A stretch of 32,000 nt of DNA from Candidatus Saccharimonadota bacterium (GTDB lineage Bacteria; Pseudomonadota; Alphaproteobacteria; CAJXXZ01; 1604HC). Below the pieces are notes generated by a model. That model did no database searches and had not been told where the DNA came from. It was given only the letters and a program-made list of their open reading frames with translations. Below, piece by piece: positions 9,123 to 17,881 of this stretch. A program made the translations under genes and the position numbers. How positions within the stretch are numbered: position 1 is the first letter of the stretch; each line of letters opens with the position of its first letter. Location of the stretch: positions 60,001-92,000 of the forward strand of contig NZ_CP043315.1 of the NCBI RefSeq assembly GCF_008189285.1, written 5' to 3'.

Positions 9123-9815
9123 TTATCTTGAATCAGATGATTTATTTCTTGAATCTCTTGAATCAGATGACTTGTCTCTTGAATCAGGCCTTGAATCTCT
9201 TGAGTCATTTTGATTATCACTTTTTTGTGAAACTATGATATTCCATTTTCTTTCCATTCTAATAATGAAAAATTGCATTTTTTTGTTTCTCATAGTTTGC
9301 AATAAGTTAGAGGCTTTTCCTCCCAATGAAGAGTAATCTATCTGACTTGAAGGCAAGAATGATTTTACTCCCCACGGAAGCAATATAACTATAAAGCCTC
9401 CTCTAACTTTTTCTGTGATTGTTCCTTCAACCAATTTTTTCCCTTGGAATATTTCTTCAAGATCTTTCCATGACCTAATTTGATTAACTTTAGAAAAGCT
9501 GATCACCATAGATCCGTTGGAATCCTCGTGTTTGTCTATCCAAACAGATATCAAATCACCAACATTAGGAATTTTTCCGAATCCATTAATTTTGAATTCA
9601 TTAATGTCTATTCTTCCCTCTGATTTGATTCCAATGTTCACCCAAACATAATCCTTAGTTACACCACTTACAGTAGCTGGAACTATGCTTTTTTCCTTCG
9701 GCATTGAGAAAGAATTCTTAATTTCTTCCATATTTCTCAAATTAGATTCATCCACTTCCAAAGATTTATTGTAATATTGTCGTGGCTTAGGGCGCAATTT
9801 TAAAAACTCATGCAT
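9123..9815 (-). CDS. ribosomal protein S1-like fragment (S1 domains 1-2 only) with a C-terminal Asp-Ser-Arg repeat tail
   Basis: VSGVTKDYVWVNIGIKSEGRI..VGDLISVWID..SFSKVNQIRSWKDLEE..VEGTITEKVRGGFIV..VKSFLPSSQID..MQFFIIRMERKWNIIVSQK is collinear with about the first 185 residues of RpsA. The frame then ends in SRDSRPDSRDKSSDSRDSRNKSSDSR. ATG 9731 (MEEIKNSF) is an alternative start that aligns better with the S1 N-terminus. Confidence 0.65.
   Translation of the reverse strand: MHEFLKLRPKPRQYYNKSLEVDESNLRNMEEIKNSFSMPKEKSIVPATVSGVTKDYVWVNIGIKSEGRIDINEFKINGFGKIPNVGDLISVWIDKHEDSNGSMVISFSKVNQIRSWKDLEEIFQGKKLVEGTITEKVRGGFIVILLPWGVKSFLPSSQIDYSSLGGKASNLLQTMRNKKMQFFIIRMERKWNIIVSQKSDNQNDSRDSRPDSRDKSSDSRDSRNKSSDSR
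9126..9206. repeat. six copies of TCTTGAATC (GATTCAAGA = Asp-Ser-Arg on the coding strand) at the 3' end of the S1-like gene
   Basis: Copies start at 9126, 9147, 9156, 9177, 9189 (CCTTGAATC) and 9198 (TCTTGAGTC). Confidence 0.9.
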
Positions 9816-9931
9816 TCCAAGATTATAACAAATATAAAACCATAATCAAGTACATTATTACTTATTCCATAATTTTCTTGATATTGCTAAAGATTTAAGG
9901 ATGATATATAGATTAATAGTAAAGGAGTTTT

Positions 9932-11473
9932 ATGAATCAAAACGCAAGTTTTATAAATAGTTTGCAAAATTGGTCGATAAAAATAGTTAAAATATTTTTC
10001 CCAATTCAAGCTAAAGAAATTAAAAAATACCTTCCTACTGCAATGATGATGTTTATCATCCTTTTTAACTACAATATTGTTAGAATTTTAAAGGATAGTT
10101 TTATTATTGGAGATGCTGGAGCAGAAGTTGTTAACTTTTTGAAGCCATTTGTTGTTCTTCCAGCTTCATTGTTGTTTGTTATTTTTTACAGTAAAATGAG
10201 TAACTCATTTAGCGAAAAAAATGTATTTTATGTTTCTGTATTACCATTCATTGCATTTAATATAATATTTACACATATATTATATCCCAATGTGAGTTGG
10301 TTGCATCCTTCTGCTGAAACTATTGCAGGATTGAAAGCATCTTATCCAAAGTTAAGATCTATATTTCCAGTATATGGACTATGGACATACTCTTTGTATT
10401 ACACGTTCTCAGAATTGTGGGGAACTGTTGCAATGAACCTATTGTTTTGGCAATTTGTTAACAGAATTGTAAGCACAGATGAAGCTAAAAGATTTTACCC
10501 ATCTTTTGGATTAGTTGGAAATATTGGATTCACATTAGGTTCTGTTCTTCTTTTGAAGACAGTTACAGTGGCTACAAAAGATACAGGTGCATTTGCAAAG
10601 CAATTTACTAATGTTATGAATATTGTAATCTTACTTAGTTTTGCATTAGTTGTCTTATACTGGGCAATTAATAAATTTGTTCTTTCGGATCCTTCTATGT
10701 TGCCATGTGAAGAAAAAGTGAAAAAGAAAAAGAAAGCTAAGCCTTCTCTTTCAGAAAGTTTCAAGATTGTTTTTTCATCTAAGTATTTAGGATTGATCAT
10801 GCTTTTGATTTTCTCTTACAATGCTATGATTAACTTGGTTGAAGTTACATGGAAAAGTCAGGTTAAAGCTTATACATCTGTTGCGGACAAAGAGATTTCC
10901 AAGGCGAACTATACAGCATTTGTTGCTAGAACAAACATATACACAGGATTAGTTTCCATTGCATTGTTTGTAGCTGCAAACTATTTGCTTTCTAGATTCA
11001 AATGGATTATTTCAGCATCTATTACACCTATAATTATGGTGTCAACATCTGTGTTGTTCTTCTTGTTTACTGTGTTTCCTAGCATTGCAACTCCAATGAC
11101 TGCGTTCTTCTCATCAACTCCATTATTTATGGCTGTTGTATTTGGAGCTATACAAAATGTTGCAAGTAAGAGTACAAAGTATTCATTGTTTGACCCTACT
11201 AAGGAGATGACATACATTCCTCTTGATAAGGAATTAAAGAGCAAAGGTAAGGCTGCAGTAGATATTGCTGGAAGCAGAATTTCCAAATCTTTTGGTTCTG
11301 CATTACAAGGTGTTCTTTTGACTGTGTTTGGATTTTCCACTCAGTTGCAAATTGCACCTTATCTTATGATTTTTGTTATATCAATTGGTATTCTATGGTT
11401 CATAGCTGTTAAGTTGTTGGCTAAAGAGTACGCAAGTGCTTTGCAAGAAAAATGCGAAGAAGATAAGAAATAA
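9932..11473 (+). CDS. tlc: ATP/ADP translocase (TLC/NTT family), paralog 2
   Basis: AAGGAG lies 7 nt upstream of ATG 9932. Motifs FFPIQAKEIKKYLP, GAEVVNFLKPF, YGLWTYSLYY, LLFWQFVNRI, EVTWKSQ and KGKAAVDIAGSRISKS. It aligns end to end with 4757..6256 but is clearly diverged. Confidence 0.9.
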   Translation: MNQNASFINSLQNWSIKIVKIFFPIQAKEIKKYLPTAMMMFIILFNYNIVRILKDSFIIGDAGAEVVNFLKPFVVLPASLLFVIFYSKMSNSFSEKNVFYVSVLPFIAFNIIFTHILYPNVSWLHPSAETIAGLKASYPKLRSIFPVYGLWTYSLYYTFSELWGTVAMNLLFWQFVNRIVSTDEAKRFYPSFGLVGNIGFTLGSVLLLKTVTVATKDTGAFAKQFTNVMNIVILLSFALVVLYWAINKFVLSDPSMLPCEEKVKKKKKAKPSLSESFKIVFSSKYLGLIMLLIFSYNAMINLVEVTWKSQVKAYTSVADKEISKANYTAFVARTNIYTGLVSIALFVAANYLLSRFKWIISASITPIIMVSTSVLFFLFTVFPSIATPMTAFFSSTPLFMAVVFGAIQNVASKSTKYSLFDPTKEMTYIPLDKELKSKGKAAVDIAGSRISKSFGSALQGVLLTVFGFSTQLQIAPYLMIFVISIGILWFIAVKLLAKEYASALQEKCEEDKK

Positions 11474-12074
11474 TTTTCTGTCTTAAGAATTTTATTTCAA
11501 GTTACTTTTAGAAGAACTTCATTCTTTTAAAAGCGCCATTTAGCTTTATTGATTTTTATTTCAATTTTATTTGGTTTTATTTTATATAATGAATAAATTA
11601 ATAAGATCATACAAAGCTAATTTCAACAAATTATTAATATCAATCAATCTATTATTTCTTGAATAGAGAAACTATTGATAATTCATAAAGTTATTTCACT
11701 GAATAGTTAGCATGAATTAATTTGTTTTGTTATTTGCGAAGGAAATATTTATTTATTTTTTATATAAATTTATAATTTCATAACTAAGTATAAATCTAAT
11801 TCATTTGAAATGGATTTTATATCAAGCATTTATTATATTTACTGTTAAATAATTATTGAGATCAATATAAATCAAGCTATACCAATAAGTTGAAATTAGA
11901 AATTTAGTATTATTGAAATATTAGAATCACTTAATTATATGATTGATTGCATTTTTATATTATTGAAGCGCATGACTAATTTATGGATCTCAAATATTAA
12001 AATAACTAATTAATTTTATTAATTATCAAGTAAGGTAGATTTTTTTGGAAACTTTAATTGTTTAATTAAATTTA

Positions 12075-13082
12075 TTATTTTTTCTGAACTCTATTTATTG
12101 AATCTATATGGTCTGAGAATTTTTCTGACACTGTTATATTTTCTTCTCTATGATGAAAAAATAGCTCTTTGCTTGATATAGGGTTAATTGAAGCAATTAA
12201 TGCATGTTTTCCTGGGTTGCATATTGATCCAATAGGCAATCCTTTAAATTTATAAGTATTATATGGAGAAATATGCTTAATATCATCATGAATTACCCTT
12301 GAAATATGAGTTTCTCCTTTTGTAATTCCATATACAGCAGTTGAATCTGCATCAAGTTTCATCTTTTGGTCCAATCTATTGCGAAATATTGTTGCTATTC
12401 TATGCATTTCATTGTTAGATTTAGATTCTTTTTGAACAATAGATGAAAAAATAATCCAGTCATTTATATTATTCCAATATTTTTTTTCATTTTGGCTCCA
12501 AATTTCAGTAGTCATTTTCACGAAATCATTTTGCATTTTTTGAATTATTTGATTTCTATTGATATTTCTTGCATACAAATAAGTTCCTGGAGAAATGGTT
12601 CCATCATTTGGAATTTCGCCAATTTCCCCTGCCATATATTGATTTTCATATAATGTTTGGCAAATCTTAAAAGAAGACCATCCTTCTGGTATTGTGATCT
12701 TTCTCATATATATTTTTTTTGACCAAATATGATATATAAATTGAAAAATATTTTTTGAATCATATTCTCCGCTTTCTAATCTAACTATTTTATTTGATGA
12801 AATAGCCATCATTGCAAGAGAGGCTAGCAATGATGATTTTGATGACGGTCTTTTGATTGATTGATTAAATATGCAAAATCTCTCTTTTAGTGATGCATTA
12901 GGATGTATGTATATAATTTTATTTATTGGATAAAGTAAAATTGAACAAAATAACACAACAGATAAAAATATATTGCGTAAAGCAAATTGATAAGTGTTAA
13001 ATTTAAAAAATACTGATAGCAATATTATTATAAATAAGAAGTCTGGATAGAAAATTTTTTGTAAAAATATAATATTTTGCAT
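12075..13082 (-). CDS. mltG: endolytic murein transglycosylase MltG (YceG-like)
   Basis: N-terminal TM helix, then IPEGWS, SIVQKES, LDADSTAVYG and ISPYNTYKFKGLPIGSICNPG. Confidence 0.85.
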   Translation of the reverse strand: MQNIIFLQKIFYPDFLFIIILLSVFFKFNTYQFALRNIFLSVVLFCSILLYPINKIIYIHPNASLKERFCIFNQSIKRPSSKSSLLASLAMMAISSNKIVRLESGEYDSKNIFQFIYHIWSKKIYMRKITIPEGWSSFKICQTLYENQYMAGEIGEIPNDGTISPGTYLYARNINRNQIIQKMQNDFVKMTTEIWSQNEKKYWNNINDWIIFSSIVQKESKSNNEMHRIATIFRNRLDQKMKLDADSTAVYGITKGETHISRVIHDDIKHISPYNTYKFKGLPIGSICNPGKHALIASINPISSKELFFHHREENITVSEKFSDHIDSINRVQKK

Positions 13083-13106
13083 TATGTTAATTCTATATTA
13101 TTTTAG

Positions 13107-13757
13107 CTATATTCTCATCAATGCAGCTACAGACAAAACTCCAGGACCTTTTTTGTTAAAAGTAATTCTTCTTTCATTCGCATCAGATCCTTGTTTGAAT
13201 AAATTAATTTGAGCGGGGTGTAAATATCTAAGCTCAAGAACTGTTATTCCAAGTCTAATTTGTGCTCCAGCTCCAACCATAGGTGTCCATTGCCACTCTT
13301 TATGCTTGTCATTAGTTGTTTCATTTTTATATTCCATATATTGACCATGGGGTCCTGCAAAAAGCAAGAATCTCATTAATGCAAAATTTACACCAAGCAC
13401 TCCAGTAGTCCCCAAAGTCCAAGTATTTGCTTTAATTGTATATTTTTCTTTTTCTTTATTTGTATTTGCTTCTAGAGAGTTTTTGCTTCTAAAAGACTTT
13501 CCAGCATCTATACAAAATCCCAAAGAAAACATGCTAACAGAGAAAAAGCTTTCTAGGGAAGCGCCTAATGTTGTTCTACTTGCAAATTTTCCACTATTTT
13601 TTTCTGATGATATTTTCTTTTCAATTTTCTTTATAGAAGAACTGATTTTTCCTTTAAGAGATAGAGTGCTCATGTCTATTCCGATTCTGGATCCCATATA
13701 AAATGACATTGCATTTGTTTGCCCAGCAATCAATAATAAGTGTAATATTTTGCGCAT
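13107..13757 (-). CDS. putative small outer-membrane beta-barrel protein (signal peptide)
   Basis: The track ORF starts at TTG 13808. ATG 13757 gives MRKILHLLLIAGQTNA, which looks like a signal peptide. The rest has alternating hydrophobic stretches and Gly-rich turns (GVLGVNFAL, GAGAQIRLGITVLELRYL). It lies 24 bp upstream of mltG on the same strand. The family assignment is weak. Confidence 0.5.
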   Translation of the reverse strand: MRKILHLLLIAGQTNAMSFYMGSRIGIDMSTLSLKGKISSSIKKIEKKISSEKNSGKFASRTTLGASLESFFSVSMFSLGFCIDAGKSFRSKNSLEANTNKEKEKYTIKANTWTLGTTGVLGVNFALMRFLLFAGPHGQYMEYKNETTNDKHKEWQWTPMVGAGAQIRLGITVLELRYLHPAQINLFKQGSDANERRITFNKKGPGVLSVAALMRI

Positions 13758-13826
13758 ATATAATTTTAGATTATTTTTATCTAAGATTGCAATGTATTTT
13801 TTTAGCAAGTAGAATAATATTAGTTT

Positions 13827-14645
13827 ATGAGAAAATTATTAAAGAAATTATATAGAAAAATAGATGGAAATAGATTCGTTAATTTTGATGTTTTTTGCAA
13901 TAATATTCAAAGTAAGTTTTCTATAGTATTTGCGCATAATATATTGAACAATCATCAAGATATGCAGTTTTTGATAGATAAATTTTCTGACACACATAAT
14001 GTTATTGCAATCGATTTTTCTGGACATGCAGGAAGTGATAATCTTAATGAATATAATTACGACTCTTATTTAAGCGATTGTTTATCAGTGATAAATCAAG
14101 CAAATTCTAAGTATATTATTTGGATAGGGCAAGGTATTGGAGGGATTATAGGGGCAAAATTAGCTTCGCATATTGCCAATCCTATTGTTGGGCTAGTTGC
14201 ATTTGATTGTGATCAGTTTTCTAATAATAATGTTTCATCTAATGATGTTGAGTATGAATATAATAATTTGATAGAAGCTAAAGAAGCTATTTATTCAAAA
14301 TACTCTGATATAGATAGAAATATCTTAGATAAATTTTCTCTGAATAAATATAAAGTTATGAATGAAATGTTTGTAAATAATTATCATATTGGAATAATTG
14401 CTCAGCTTGATAACTTTTTTAATTGTGATTTAGTAAAAATATTCAATGATGTTAGAAGTAGAGCTTTGCTAATAGGTAAGAAAGACCTAATTGATAAAGT
14501 TAATGATATGGATGTTTGCAAAGAAGAGCATGAAATTAAATTGTTGCACAAAGAAGAGCATATTAATTTAATTCATGGATGGGTTACCGATATCATGAAT
14601 GATCCTCATATGTTTTTGAATCAATTTAAGAAATACATGTCGTAA
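13827..14645 (+). CDS. alpha/beta-hydrolase-fold protein, Gly at the nucleophile position
   Basis: IVFAHN, AIDFSGHAGSD, elbow YIIWIGQGIGGIIGAKLA and VGLVAFD occur in the canonical alpha/beta-hydrolase order. Confidence 0.55.
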   Translation: MRKLLKKLYRKIDGNRFVNFDVFCNNIQSKFSIVFAHNILNNHQDMQFLIDKFSDTHNVIAIDFSGHAGSDNLNEYNYDSYLSDCLSVINQANSKYIIWIGQGIGGIIGAKLASHIANPIVGLVAFDCDQFSNNNVSSNDVEYEYNNLIEAKEAIYSKYSDIDRNILDKFSLNKYKVMNEMFVNNYHIGIIAQLDNFFNCDLVKIFNDVRSRALLIGKKDLIDKVNDMDVCKEEHEIKLLHKEEHINLIHGWVTDIMNDPHMFLNQFKKYMS

Positions 14646-16255
14646 TGTCTATTAAGGATGCTTTGTGGGTTGCGCCTAATGAAATTGAAATTGATAAATT
14701 AAAAAATCTTAAAGAATCTTATGAATTATCTGATTTAGAGGCTATTTTTGCAATTAACAGATCTGTTGATTTAAATGATTTTTTTAATTCTAAGATATCA
14801 GATTATATAAATAATAAAGATTTAGTTGACTTGCAAATTGTAGTGAATAGAATAAAAAAAGCAATTCAAAATAAGGAGAAAATAGCAATTTTAGGAGATT
14901 ATGATGTAGATGGAATTACATCAACTTCCCTGTTTATCAAATTATTCAAATCTTGTAATATTGACTGTATTTATAAAATTCCAAATAGAGAAGATGGATA
15001 TGGGCATTCTATGGAGAGTGTAAAAAATTTGGATGTAGACTTACTTTTGATGCTTGATTGCGGGAGTAGTCAAGATTTCAAAGAGATATCCAATAAAGAT
15101 ATATGTATTATAGATCACCATCAAACTAGCAATGATCCGAATGTGTTGGGATTTATCAATCCTTATAGATTTGATATTGATCCATTGCCTCAAGAGAAAT
15201 TTAAAGGAATTTGCACTGCAGGATTGGTTTTTATTGTAATTTTTCATTTAGTTGAAGAAATGAAATTGAAATTTGATTTTAAAGCGTTGTTAGATTTAGT
15301 GGCTATGGGAACAATTGGAGATTGCATGGAGCTTACTGGATTGAATAGAAGTTATGTGCAATATGGCTTGAAATTAATTAATTTAAAAAAGCGAGATGGA
15401 ATTAGATTTTTATGCGAAAATTTAAAATTAGATAGAATTTCTTCATCTAGCGTAGCTTTTTATATTTGCCCATGCATTAATGCTGCAGGAAGATTGGGCC
15501 AATCTGACATTGCATTGAGATTTTTATGTAATGATCATGAGTCTTATGAATTATCTCGTACATTGATTGGATTAAATAGCAGAAGAAAAGAAATAGAGCA
15601 GGTATGTTTAGATGAGGCTATGAGTACAATAAATGTTTCTAATAAGAAATGCATTATACTTGAGAATTCAGAATGGCATCCAGGAATTGTTGGAATTTTA
15701 GCCGGAAGAATAAAAGAAAAATTTGATTTGCCAACTTTTGTTTTTTATAAAAAAGGAGATATGTGGAAAGGGTCTGCTCGTTCTATAAATGGAATGAATA
15801 TTGGAACTCTTATACAAGATTCTGTCTGCAAAGGTTTTGCTAAAGAGGGCGGTGGACATGCTATGGCTGGAGGAGTTTCTGTTTCTGAAGATTGTTTTGA
15901 AAAATGGAAAGAATTTATTCAGGAAAATGCAAAATTTACAAAGCAGAAAAAGAAAATTACTATAGATGCAATTATGACTATGAAAGCTGTTTACAATGTT
16001 AGCTTGGATAAAGTTGCGCCTTTTGGAATGGGAAATAGCGCTCCATTAATTTTGGTTAAGAGCGTTCTTCTTGAAAAAACTTCCAAATACAATAATCATG
16101 TTAGATTAAGCTTAAATGAAAATGGATTTAGAAGAAGTATTTTTGCATTTAAGTGTAGTGAGCATGAATTTAATGTTGGCATGTTAGTTGATATTATTGT
16201 AAGAGTAGACAATATTGGAAATATAGACATAGTTGATATCTCTAATGATGCATAA
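14645..16255 (+). CDS. recJ: single-stranded-DNA-specific exonuclease RecJ
   Basis: DHH-family motifs ILGDYDVDGITS, MLDCGS and IIDHHQ, plus DHHA1 EGGGHAMAGG. ATG 14645 overlaps the upstream stop by 1 nt. Confidence 0.9.
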   Translation: MSIKDALWVAPNEIEIDKLKNLKESYELSDLEAIFAINRSVDLNDFFNSKISDYINNKDLVDLQIVVNRIKKAIQNKEKIAILGDYDVDGITSTSLFIKLFKSCNIDCIYKIPNREDGYGHSMESVKNLDVDLLLMLDCGSSQDFKEISNKDICIIDHHQTSNDPNVLGFINPYRFDIDPLPQEKFKGICTAGLVFIVIFHLVEEMKLKFDFKALLDLVAMGTIGDCMELTGLNRSYVQYGLKLINLKKRDGIRFLCENLKLDRISSSSVAFYICPCINAAGRLGQSDIALRFLCNDHESYELSRTLIGLNSRRKEIEQVCLDEAMSTINVSNKKCIILENSEWHPGIVGILAGRIKEKFDLPTFVFYKKGDMWKGSARSINGMNIGTLIQDSVCKGFAKEGGGHAMAGGVSVSEDCFEKWKEFIQENAKFTKQKKKITIDAIMTMKAVYNVSLDKVAPFGMGNSAPLILVKSVLLEKTSKYNNHVRLSLNENGFRRSIFAFKCSEHEFNVGMLVDIIVRVDNIGNIDIVDISNDA

Positions 16256-16545
16256 CTGATATCTCTAACATTGCATTATGGTATTGTATTTTGACATAGA
16301 GCTTCTTTAATATTGTTGTATTTCTTTGTGATATAATTGATATTTCTTCATGATATTACCGATATCCTTTTGTGACATAACTGATATTTCTTTGTGAGAT
16401 TGAAGATATTAATATTTCCCATATATCTTTCATAAACATTGCTGATATCTTATAGAGTAATGACTAACGCCTTTGTGAATTTAAGATACAATGAATTTTA
16501 ATTAATTTTAGTCTTTATAACCATGATATACTGTGATATTCATTA
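16231..16545. repeat. degenerate tandem array rich in (T)GATAT, with four in-phase 22-bp units at 16330-16417; it runs from the last recJ codons to just upstream of gltX
   Basis: GATAT on the plus strand starts at 16235, 16258, 16330, 16339, 16352, 16361, 16383, 16405, 16444, 16525 and 16535. One 22-bp series is 16339/16361/16383/16405. The other is 16330/16352/16374(GACAT)/16396(GAGAT). Confidence 0.7.
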
Positions 16546-16549
16546 ATCA

Positions 16550-17881
16550 ATGTTAGTTATTACACGTTTTGCTCCTTCTCCTACAGGAGACTTGCATATT
16601 GGCGGAATTAGAACAGCGCTATTTAATTGGCTATTTGCGCAATCTCACGGTGGGAAATTTTTATTGAGAGTTGAAGACACAGATCATGATAGATTTGCAG
16701 AGAATTCATTAAATTCCATCATAGAAGGACTTTCTTGGATGAATCTTCATTGGAATGAAGAAATTGTTTATCAGTCAAAAAATGTAGATTATCACAGAAA
16801 TATAGCATATGAATTATTAGAAAAGAAATTAGCTTACAAATGTTATTTAACTCAAAAAGAATTATCAGACATGAGAGAAAATAATGATTATTCTGAATTA
16901 AGAAAATATAGAGATAATATAGTAGATTTAAATACTTCTTATGTAATTAGATTTAAGATGCCTTTAGAGGGAAAAATCGTTATGAAAGATTTAGTGCAAG
17001 GTGATATTGAAGTCGAATGCAAGCAATTGGAAGATTTTGTAATTTTACGACAAGATGCAAATCCAACTTATAATTTATCTTGTGCAGCAGATGATCATAA
17101 AATGAATATTACGCACATTATTAGGGGAGATGACCATATAACTAATGCTTTTAAGCAAATTTCTATATTTAATGCCATGGGGTGGAGTTTGCCAAATTAT
17201 GCGCATATACCTTTAATACATAATGAATCAGGGCAAAAACTTTCAAAGAGAAATCAGGATGCTGGAATTTCTTATTATCGTGATTTAGGAATTTTACCAG
17301 AAGCTATGCTTAATTATTTACTGAGATTAGGTTGGAGCCATGGTGATGACGAAATTATTAGTATAGAAAAAGCTATCGAATGGTTTAATTTGGATAATAT
17401 AGGAAAATCTGCATCTCAATTAAATATGGACAAACTTCTTCATATTAATGGAGTTTATTTGAGACAAAAAGACAATTTTGAATTATTAAATCTTCTTGAT
17501 AATTATGGGCTTTCTCTTGGAGATGAAGGTCGTAATATGTTTAAGAAAGCAATGGGCGCTCTTAAAATAAGATCAAATACTCTAAATGAACTAAAAGATA
17601 CAGCTCATGATTTTTTTGCAAATAGATTGCCTAGATATGGTATGGATGTACCAAATATTTCTCCTGAAGCTAGGGATTTTTTGAAAAGCTGGGATATAAA
17701 TTTTGATGAAAGTGAATTGAGAAGCAAGTTAGAGAAATGTGATATAAAATTAAAAGACATTGCTCCTTTTATTAGATTTGCTTTATCAGGCAAGAAAGTA
17801 TCTCCAGGAATTTTTGATATGATTCAATTCTTAGGGGAAGAATTAACTAAGTACAGAATAGACTGTGCTTTGAGACTATGA
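16550..17881 (+). CDS. gltX: glutamyl-tRNA synthetase
   Basis: RFAPSPTGDLHIGGIRTALFNW (HIGH motif), LLRVEDTD and KLSKR (KMSKS motif). Confidence 0.95.
   Translation: MLVITRFAPSPTGDLHIGGIRTALFNWLFAQSHGGKFLLRVEDTDHDRFAENSLNSIIEGLSWMNLHWNEEIVYQSKNVDYHRNIAYELLEKKLAYKCYLTQKELSDMRENNDYSELRKYRDNIVDLNTSYVIRFKMPLEGKIVMKDLVQGDIEVECKQLEDFVILRQDANPTYNLSCAADDHKMNITHIIRGDDHITNAFKQISIFNAMGWSLPNYAHIPLIHNESGQKLSKRNQDAGISYYRDLGILPEAMLNYLLRLGWSHGDDEIISIEKAIEWFNLDNIGKSASQLNMDKLLHINGVYLRQKDNFELLNLLDNYGLSLGDEGRNMFKKAMGALKIRSNTLNELKDTAHDFFANRLPRYGMDVPNISPEARDFLKSWDINFDESELRSKLEKCDIKLKDIAPFIRFALSGKKVSPGIFDMIQFLGEELTKYRIDCALRL

Noticed and set aside
10495-11340. Two minus-strand ORFs (10495..10800 and 10981..11340) inside tlc paralog 2
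   Set aside because: They are antisense shadow ORFs within a confidently assigned transporter gene.
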